Origin: Promethearchaeota archaeon
GTDB lineage: Archaea; Asgardarchaeota; Lokiarchaeia; Sigyniarchaeales; SOKP01
DNA: 13,402 nucleotides
Assembly: GCA_048938855.1 (NCBI GenBank)
Contig: JBHLLT010000042.1
Location: 5,877-19,278, forward strand
Direction of reading: 5' to 3'
Position 1 is the first letter of the stretch, and each line of letters starts with the position of its first letter. This document shows, one piece after another, positions 7,022 through 13,402 of the stretch. The notes beneath the pieces were generated by a model. The model had not been told where the DNA came from. It saw only the letters and a list, made by a program, of their open reading frames with translations, and did not search any database. Made by a program: the position numbers and the translations under genes.

Positions 7022-7810
7022 TTATTTCTGTTTTACAATATCCTTAATTGAAATTTCAGGATGATAATACCTCTGTGTGTTCTGTGTTTGATTTCCAAAT
7101 TGAATCGCTTTTTCAGGACAGAAATTAATACAAGCTAAACATTGTTGACATTTATGTTGCCATTCTGGAATCCCATTTTTTAAAATAATATTATTTACAG
7201 GGCAAACTTTCTCACATATACCACAACTATTGCAATTCTCATTTATATGAAAAGCTTTGTCACTTTCATTTACAGAATCGCGAAAATTTTTATTGATTTT
7301 TGCACTTCGGGCTACATCCTTTCCAAGAATCTCTTGAGTGAGATTATCTTCTTGATTAGTCACAATTTCAGAGATAATTTTAATTTCTTTAGTTGAATTT
7401 TCAAAAAATTCTTTTTGACGTTCCTTTGAATGGATATCAAAGCCAATAATATAATTATTAGGCATATTAACATAAAAACCTGCATTTAACTTTTTTGACT
7501 TCTTTTTAAGAAGCTTGTCTAACTGTTGTAAAGGTTGTTCATTGATATCTCCTGTACTTGTAACAACCGTAAAAAAGTATTTTGTTTTACTTGTATTCAA
7601 TTTATCTATAAAATCGTAAACTAATTTTGGCAAGCCGGAATAATATAATGGAAAAATAAAACCAATTTTTTCACTTTTTGATTCAAGGTTTTCCTCATCC
7701 CATATTCTAGCAATTGGTATAAGTTCAGTATCTTCTAATCTTTCAGCAAGATCTTGCGTAACTTTTAAAGAATTACCTGTTCCGGAGAAATAATAAATTG
7801 TAGTTTTTAT
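7022..7810 (-). CDS. EFR1-family flavodoxin-ferredoxin; extends 59 codons upstream of the ORF-track call, apparent ATA start
   Basis: In-frame upstream translation gives (I/M)KTTIYYFSGTGNSLKV...IGFIFPLYYSGLP, the conserved flavodoxin N-terminus. C-terminal CNSCGICEKVCP and CQQCLACINFCP. SD GAGGT at 7824-7820; in-frame TAA at 7819-7817. Confidence 0.9.
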   Translation of the reverse strand: MKTTIYYFSGTGNSLKVTQDLAERLEDTELIPIARIWDEENLESKSEKIGFIFPLYYSGLPKLVYDFIDKLNTSKTKYFFTVVTSTGDINEQPLQQLDKLLKKKSKKLNAGFYVNMPNNYIIGFDIHSKERQKEFFENSTKEIKIISEIVTNQEDNLTQEILGKDVARSAKINKNFRDSVNESDKAFHINENCNSCGICEKVCPVNNIILKNGIPEWQHKCQQCLACINFCPEKAIQFGNQTQNTQRYYHPEISIKDIVKQK

Positions 7811-7956
7811 ATGAAATTAACCTCATTCGATTATAGTTCTAAAAATGAATTAATCTTATTAATAGTTTGAATATATGAACTCCAATTGGCGTTTGAATTT
7901 TAAAATTAATTACAATTTAGCCAAAATAGCATTGACGACTAAGGAAAGTGTTATGG

Positions 7957-8352
7957 TTATTTATTTTGAATTGATTTTAATTCTTTTTCTAATGTTTTAA
8001 TTTGCTTATCAATATCTTTTGATTTTGTCTTCTTTTCTTTTTCAATCGCCTTTAATTTCAAATTTAGACTTCTCTCTTTTTCTTTTTTCAAATTACTAAA
8101 TTCGTTCTCTAAATTCTTTACAATAGGTAATAAATCTCTCTTTTTTGAAGTCAGTTCATCAATTTTCTGATTAAGCTCATTTAAAATTGTTTGATGATGC
8201 TTTAATTTTCCCTCAACATCATTAATTTTTGGAACAAATTCCTCATTTACTTTATTTGTGATATAATATACCTTTTGTTTTGCTGTTTGCTCAATTTTTT
8301 CAATTTGAACTGCTATCTGATTAATTTGATCTCTTAGTTCTTCATCTGACAT
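7957..8352 (-). CDS. Hypothetical all-helical coiled-coil protein
   Basis: 131 aa, K/E/Q/L/I-rich heptad pattern throughout; no catalytic motif. Confidence 0.75.
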   Translation of the reverse strand: MSDEELRDQINQIAVQIEKIEQTAKQKVYYITNKVNEEFVPKINDVEGKLKHHQTILNELNQKIDELTSKKRDLLPIVKNLENEFSNLKKEKERSLNLKLKAIEKEKKTKSKDIDKQIKTLEKELKSIQNK

Positions 8353-8540
8353 TTTGATTTTGAGAAATTCTTTGTTTTAATTTAAATACAGTTTTTTTGG
8401 TTAAAAATGTTTAATATTACAAATTTGTATGATGGTTTTTTTACTTATAATATAATAGTTAAAATCTATATAAATAAATGTAGTTTAATTCTGATTTTTG
8501 TTAATTAGAAATTCAATATTTTAACGCTAGATATGATTAA

Positions 8541-8686
8541 CCTATATTTAATAAATGCGGATAGGAATGCGGAGAAGAGCTTGATATTTCTGAACAAATA
8601 TGTCCTAATAGGGTAATGTCCTTTCTGTTGAAATATACTTGGTTTTTCAGAATAGAATAGCAATTAATTTAAAACAAAATAAGTAA
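8541..8686 (+). pseudogene. Decayed zinc-ribbon gene remnant
   Basis: Frame reads PIFNKCG*ECGEELDISEQICPN, then after a 1-nt shift GNVLSVEIYL...; this resembles C..CG-x(7-8)-CPxCG with a stop and a frameshift. Confidence 0.4.
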
Positions 8687-8985
8687 TTAAGATATTTGGT
8701 TGTTACTATAGCGGATAAAAAATTATTTTAAAGGATTATGTTAAATGCTCTATATTATTTGAGATAAAATTCGAATAACCTACATAGATATTTCTATTAA
8801 AAGGCGTTTTATCTAATGTCGCATCCACCTCTATAAATTAAAGTGCAAATAGGGATAAGAGCAAGACAAAGAAAATAAATTTACTCCAGAAATATCAATA
8901 AATTCAAATTAAACAAAATAGATTAAATATTTCTTTCATAATTCATTTTTTCTAATTAATATTTTAAAAAATTACGAGTTAAAAA

Positions 8986-9375
8986 ATGACACAGAATAAT
9001 GAGAATACTAAAAAATTTAATCCAAATGAAGTAATAGGTAAATTTTTTGTTTTAAATGGAATAAAAAATAATTATATTCAAGGATGGATACCTATTGAAA
9101 GAAGTTTTAAACAATTTGTTAAAGATATCAAGGAAGAAATTGAATATGAATGGGATTCAGAGATCTTAGTAATTGAGAAGTATTCAATTTATTTTATTGA
9201 TCCAAATACTGGTATATTGAGTGAGATCAAAGATGATAGGACTTTGAATTCAATTAGAAGGAATGACAAAATATTAATTGTTCTACTAGATAAATTGAAA
9301 AAGTTGCATAAAATAGAGGATATTCCAATGTTAAATCGATGGTATCTGAACAATCTTACCAATTATGAAGTATAG
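8986..9375 (+). CDS. Hypothetical protein, possible beta-grasp (ubiquitin-like/PB1-like) domain
   Basis: 129-aa ORF with ATG start. The fold guess rests on the secondary-structure pattern and the 'EIKDDRTLNSIRRNDKILIVL' segment. Confidence 0.65.
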   Translation: MTQNNENTKKFNPNEVIGKFFVLNGIKNNYIQGWIPIERSFKQFVKDIKEEIEYEWDSEILVIEKYSIYFIDPNTGILSEIKDDRTLNSIRRNDKILIVLLDKLKKLHKIEDIPMLNRWYLNNLTNYEV

Positions 9376-9500
9376 ATAAATAGTTGATTTTTATGAATAT
9401 AAGAAGAATATTTCTTTTAAATTAGTAAATTCATTAATTATGGTTAATATCTTTTTTCCTTTTATAAGAATATCCCTATTGAATTAAGGTGATAATTTAA

Positions 9501-10874
9501 ATTTCAGCTCCAGAAGATGATATTGAATTTCACATTGAACAAAAGCTTAAAAAAAAAACAATGCAAATTTCAATTGCCGAAGGATCTTTTGGAGTATTTA
9601 GTAGTGTTGTAGCTGATAATTATATTGTCCCGTTTTCTCTAAGTATCAATTCCTCATTGTTTCAAATAGGTCTTATCTCTTCCTTAGGAAATTTAGTTTC
9701 ACCAATTGGTCAAATGGTTGGTTCTCAGCAAATAGAAAAAAAAACAAGAAAATCGATTATATTAAGAGGGATTCTAGGACAAGCTTCCATGTGGCCTTTA
9801 TTTATAGTTATTGCTCTTTTCTTTCAATTTAATGTTTTTCGTTTATCTCTAACTTGGATTTTGATTTTATTTTTCCTAATATATATGTTATTTGCAGGTA
9901 TTATGACTCCTCCGTGGTTTTCACTAATGGGAGATATAGTCCCCGAAGATAATAGAGGTAAGTATTTTGCTAAAAGAAATCTAATCACACAATCTATTGG
10001 TATACTTGGAATTATATTATTATCGTTTATTTTAGATTGGTTTGAATTTCAAGATATCCTATATTATGGATTTATTTTAATTTTCTTATTTGGTTTTATT
10101 GCCCGTTTAATTTCAGCGTTTCTTTACACTAAACATTATTATCCTCCTTTCTATTTTGAAAACACAGATCATGTAAAAACTAACCAGTTCATTAAAGAAA
10201 TCCCTAAAAGTAATTTTGGAAAATTCACATTATTCATATCGCTATTAACATTTGGACAGTGGATTGCAAAACCATTCTTCTCAGTTTATATGTTAACTCA
10301 ACTTGATTTCGAATATTCACTTTTTATGGTAATAAATTTATCTTCCACTTTAGTAGGCCTTCTTTTTTTCCCTCTCTTAGGAAGATTATCTGATCGATTT
10401 GGAAATGTACTATTACTCAAAATTGGATCAATTATCATTCCTTTTTTACCACTTTTTTGGATCATTTATATCTCACCCTTACAAATTTTTCTAGGGATTC
10501 AAATTCTTAGTGGGATAGGTTGGACTGCTTTCAATTTAGCTACATCTAATTTTATTTATGATAACATCCCTTCAAAACAAAGAAGTAAATCTCTCGCAAT
10601 TTATAATTCGTTGATTGGGTTAGCTATGATAGGAGGTAGTTTTCTGGGGAGTATACTTATTAGTGTTATTGAATTCTCTTTTATGAATTCATATCATTTT
10701 ATTTTTCTTATTTCAGGGATTTTTCGATTATTAGTTGTTCTTGGATTCATAAGAAAGATTAAGGAAGTAAGAGTGGCCACAAAACCTATCTTGAATGTAA
10801 AAAATTTGAGTATTTATAAATGGTTATATGACATTACATTTCGAAATAAAAAAGCAAACAAGCTTAATTCTTAA
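9501..10874 (+). CDS. MFS transporter (start ATT 9501 or ATG 9561)
   Basis: About 12 hydrophobic segments; motif A GRLSDRFG; WFSLMGDIVPEDNRGKYFAKR. The frame is open 20 codons upstream of ATG 9561, with SD AGGTGAT at 9487-9493. Confidence 0.92.
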   Translation: MSAPEDDIEFHIEQKLKKKTMQISIAEGSFGVFSSVVADNYIVPFSLSINSSLFQIGLISSLGNLVSPIGQMVGSQQIEKKTRKSIILRGILGQASMWPLFIVIALFFQFNVFRLSLTWILILFFLIYMLFAGIMTPPWFSLMGDIVPEDNRGKYFAKRNLITQSIGILGIILLSFILDWFEFQDILYYGFILIFLFGFIARLISAFLYTKHYYPPFYFENTDHVKTNQFIKEIPKSNFGKFTLFISLLTFGQWIAKPFFSVYMLTQLDFEYSLFMVINLSSTLVGLLFFPLLGRLSDRFGNVLLLKIGSIIIPFLPLFWIIYISPLQIFLGIQILSGIGWTAFNLATSNFIYDNIPSKQRSKSLAIYNSLIGLAMIGGSFLGSILISVIEFSFMNSYHFIFLISGIFRLLVVLGFIRKIKEVRVATKPILNVKNLSIYKWLYDITFRNKKANKLNS

Positions 10875-10954
10875 AAATTAATATATTGCTTTTCAAAGAC
10901 ATTTAAAAAAAAAGCATATTTCGCTGATAAAGAGAAGATCTATAAGAGATTTAT

Positions 10955-11938
10955 CTAATTGTTATTTCTTAAATCGTCTAAAACATGCTCGAAATTATGG
11001 TATAATTCTGGATAAATTTTAGCAAATAATCTATACCAATCTAATCCTACTATTCCTCCAGCAAAAAAGCTAAGTATAATTCCAATCACCACAAGTGTTT
11101 CATGATTTAGTGTGAATATTTCTTCAGGGAAAAAATCAGTTCCATGAATGAAAATATTAACAGCAATACTGCTGAGTAAAACTCCAAAAGGATATAATAT
11201 GACTTTAGGTGGCTTAAAGAATTTAATCGAATCAGGAGTAAGAGGGTAAAAAGTTGATGAGGAATAGTTGGTATCTACTTGTTCCCGTTTCTGGATGAAT
11301 TTCAATTTTATTAAATCTCTCCAATCTCTAAAAATTAAGAAACTTCCGAAAAAAAGAAGGAGATAAAGGAGAACCATATCTACAGCTAATAATATTCTTA
11401 AATCTGTTCGAAAAACTTCATATTGTATCAAGCTATATCGTATCATTATTAGGAGACCAGAAGTGAAGATAAAGATTATCCCCACAAATCCCTCATGAAT
11501 ATGATAATTATGGAATAATTTTCTTGAATTTGATTTATTAGAATTATTTTTAATATAGTTTATAACAATTAAAGTCAAACCTGGTGATAAAATGGAAAAA
11601 CTTAGAATTGCTGAAAGATGTCTTATAACTGTTAGAAAAGGAGACCAAAATCCGGTCATAAAGGTTTCTAACGCATAAATTATTATCCAAGCTGGAGTTC
11701 CTAATGTTGTAATTATGCTAAAAGTGATAATATATGTTTTAATACCAATTAAGAAAACCAATATATAGAAAAATAAAATAAAATAACTAATGGTAAACAT
11801 CCAACTTAAAGAGACCTCTGGAGAACCATCAGGATAAAATAAATTATAGTAAAAGAAATAATAAAGGATAAAAGTGCTTATAATGACTAAAAAAATTAAA
11901 ATAACTATTTTAAAAATCAAATAATATTTTCTCATCAA
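10955..11938 (-). CDS. Hypothetical polytopic membrane protein
   Basis: About 8 hydrophobic segments; HNYHIHE motif just before a TM helix. Start TTG 11938 or ATG 11935. Confidence 0.8.
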   Translation of the reverse strand: MMRKYYLIFKIVILIFLVIISTFILYYFFYYNLFYPDGSPEVSLSWMFTISYFILFFYILVFLIGIKTYIITFSIITTLGTPAWIIIYALETFMTGFWSPFLTVIRHLSAILSFSILSPGLTLIVINYIKNNSNKSNSRKLFHNYHIHEGFVGIIFIFTSGLLIMIRYSLIQYEVFRTDLRILLAVDMVLLYLLLFFGSFLIFRDWRDLIKLKFIQKREQVDTNYSSSTFYPLTPDSIKFFKPPKVILYPFGVLLSSIAVNIFIHGTDFFPEEIFTLNHETLVVIGIILSFFAGGIVGLDWYRLFAKIYPELYHNFEHVLDDLRNNN

Positions 11939-12069
11939 TAAAAATTTAAAATTTTAATAAGAAATTAAGCTTTTGGCTTTACTATTCTTTTTTAATTAAT
12001 AGATTAACGACATAATGATTTTACTTACAAAATATTAAAAGAAAAAATATTGACTAATAATAATTAAAG

Positions 12070-12630
12070 TTAAATCTTATTGCTACAAAAATAAGCATTT
12101 AAATATCTACTTTCTTTAGTTTTGACCTCAAGATCAAATTCTTTTACAAGATCTTCAGCATTAACTGCATCAGGATGATGAATATGACGTTTTCTAATTT
12201 GTTCAACTCCCTTCTTGGTTAATTCAATTATAATCAAGAAACCATCATGCTTCATAACACGTAGCATTTCATTTATAGCAGCGATTTTATCTTCAATATG
12301 ATGTAATGAAGTATAGAGAAATATGGCATCAAAACTATAATCTTCAAATGGTAGATTTTCGGCATAAAATGGTTTAAATGTGATCTTATCCTCTACATTC
12401 ATTAATTTTGCTCTTGATTTCCAATCTGCCCAATTCGCATTCTCAGGTTCACCGGTAATAACATTATATCCATGAAGAGCCAATGTTATTGCCATAAAGC
12501 CCCATCCAGTACCTACATCTAAGATTTTTGACTTTTCATCTAAATTTAAACTTTTTATAATAGAGTCCAAAAAGTTAGCATCTCGATTAAACTTTTCCCC
12601 TAATGTCTCCTTAATCTTTTCTAAGCTCAT
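12070..12630 (-). CDS. Class I SAM-dependent methyltransferase (UbiE/Methyltransf_11-like)
   Basis: ILDVGTGWG motif I; AENLPFEDYSFDAI; LHHIED..AAINEMLRVMK..G. Confidence 0.93.
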   Translation of the reverse strand: MSLEKIKETLGEKFNRDANFLDSIIKSLNLDEKSKILDVGTGWGFMAITLALHGYNVITGEPENANWADWKSRAKLMNVEDKITFKPFYAENLPFEDYSFDAIFLYTSLHHIEDKIAAINEMLRVMKHDGFLIIIELTKKGVEQIRKRHIHHPDAVNAEDLVKEFDLEVKTKESRYLNAYFCSNKI

Positions 12631-12641
12631 TATTTTTAATT

Positions 12642-13292
12642 TTAGTTAATTTTTTTAAATACATAAGCACTTGAAGTTTTTGTATATCCTACTCCCCGAT
12701 TGATTTTCTTTATGTATTCTTTAGAAATTTCCAATTCTGGCTTTTTTGGGATGAAATATTTGTCCAAATTTTTTTCGGTTAGCCGATATTGACTATTACT
12801 TTTGTAAATTGCTGCTATAAATTCAAAATCATCATCTAAAAATGCTATACCTGCATCTCCATGACTATTATTCACCAATAGCATACCATTCTTTTTAAGA
12901 TATTTCTTGAAGCGTTCAGACACAAGACCAGCGTATAATGATATCAGTAAATCAAATTCCTCAACTTTTTCTCCAAAATCCAGATTGTAATCAGAATAAT
13001 AATACCTTATTATTGGTGTTTTTATATAAGCTCGATTTTTAGAAATAAAATCCATAAAATCATTAGCTCCAAAGAACTTGTTAGCTTTTTTGAAAGAATC
13101 GATATATACAGTTATTGGAATATAAAATGAAGGGGCAATATCGATAAAGTTTCCAGGATATATAGCACTTTGTATTCCATATCGTTCTACCAATAACCGA
13201 AATATCCCTCTTCTATCTCCATTGCGAAAGTACTTCTTATACTGTTGTTCAGCACTCAAATCTTTTTTGGGCATAAAATTATATGACATCAT
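12642..13292 (-). CDS. Conserved hypothetical protein, possibly SAM-methyltransferase-like fold
   Basis: 216 aa; AIYPGNFIDIAPS, FDLLISLYAG and YLKKNGMLLVNNSHGDA resemble degenerate MTase motifs. The start may be ATG 13274. Confidence 0.7.
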   Translation of the reverse strand: MMSYNFMPKKDLSAEQQYKKYFRNGDRRGIFRLLVERYGIQSAIYPGNFIDIAPSFYIPITVYIDSFKKANKFFGANDFMDFISKNRAYIKTPIIRYYYSDYNLDFGEKVEEFDLLISLYAGLVSERFKKYLKKNGMLLVNNSHGDAGIAFLDDDFEFIAAIYKSNSQYRLTEKNLDKYFIPKKPELEISKEYIKKINRGVGYTKTSSAYVFKKIN

Positions 13293-13300
13293 AATAATAT

Positions 13301-13402
13301 TTACTTTTTCTCGAAATCTAGGGAGATGGAGTTAATACAATATCTACAACCCTTGTTCTCCGGGACATCATCAAACACATGTCCTAGATGTCCACCACAA
13401 TT
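13301..13402 (-). CDS. msrB: Peptide-methionine (R)-S-oxide reductase MsrB, C-terminal 33 aa (5'-truncated by the window edge)
   Basis: Translation [33 protein letters not shown] contains the MsrB signatures HLGHVF and RYCINS. Confidence 0.92.
   Translation of the reverse strand, partial: NCGGHLGHVFDDVPENKGCRYCINSISLDFEKK

Noticed and set aside
7022-7633. ORF-track start of the EFR1 gene at TTG 7633
   Set aside because: It would delete the conserved flavodoxin SGTGNS loop; the frame is open to 7810.

Overview
AT-rich, archaeal-looking window. A longin-like protein, GGAGGTGAT-type Shine-Dalgarno (SD) sites and oligo-T terminators suggest an Asgard archaeon (probably Lokiarchaeia); this assignment is inference. 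Most genes are ordinary redox, detoxification or transport genes: 4Fe-4S nitroreductase, VOC/glyoxalase, alkyl-sulfatase-like MBL hydrolase, PNPOx-like protein, SagB-type dehydrogenase, EFR1 flavodoxin-ferredoxin, MFS transporter, methyltransferase(s) and the 3' end of msrB. The most striking element is missing from the ORF track: a 32-aa gene at 3654-3752 (-) encoding MAKKAAPKKKAPAKKAGPKKKAPAKKAAPKKK. It is built from 33-nt repeats, has its own SD and a T15 terminator, and resembles a free-standing histone-H1 tail. Up to three genes appear to start at ATA/ATT behind good SD sites. A 129-aa orphan looks like a ubiquitin-like (beta-grasp/PB1) fold, and there are an Sm-like microprotein, a Pro/Glu/Tyr-repeat protein and a few decayed gene remnants. 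No rRNA, tRNA, CRISPR array or mobile element was recognised.
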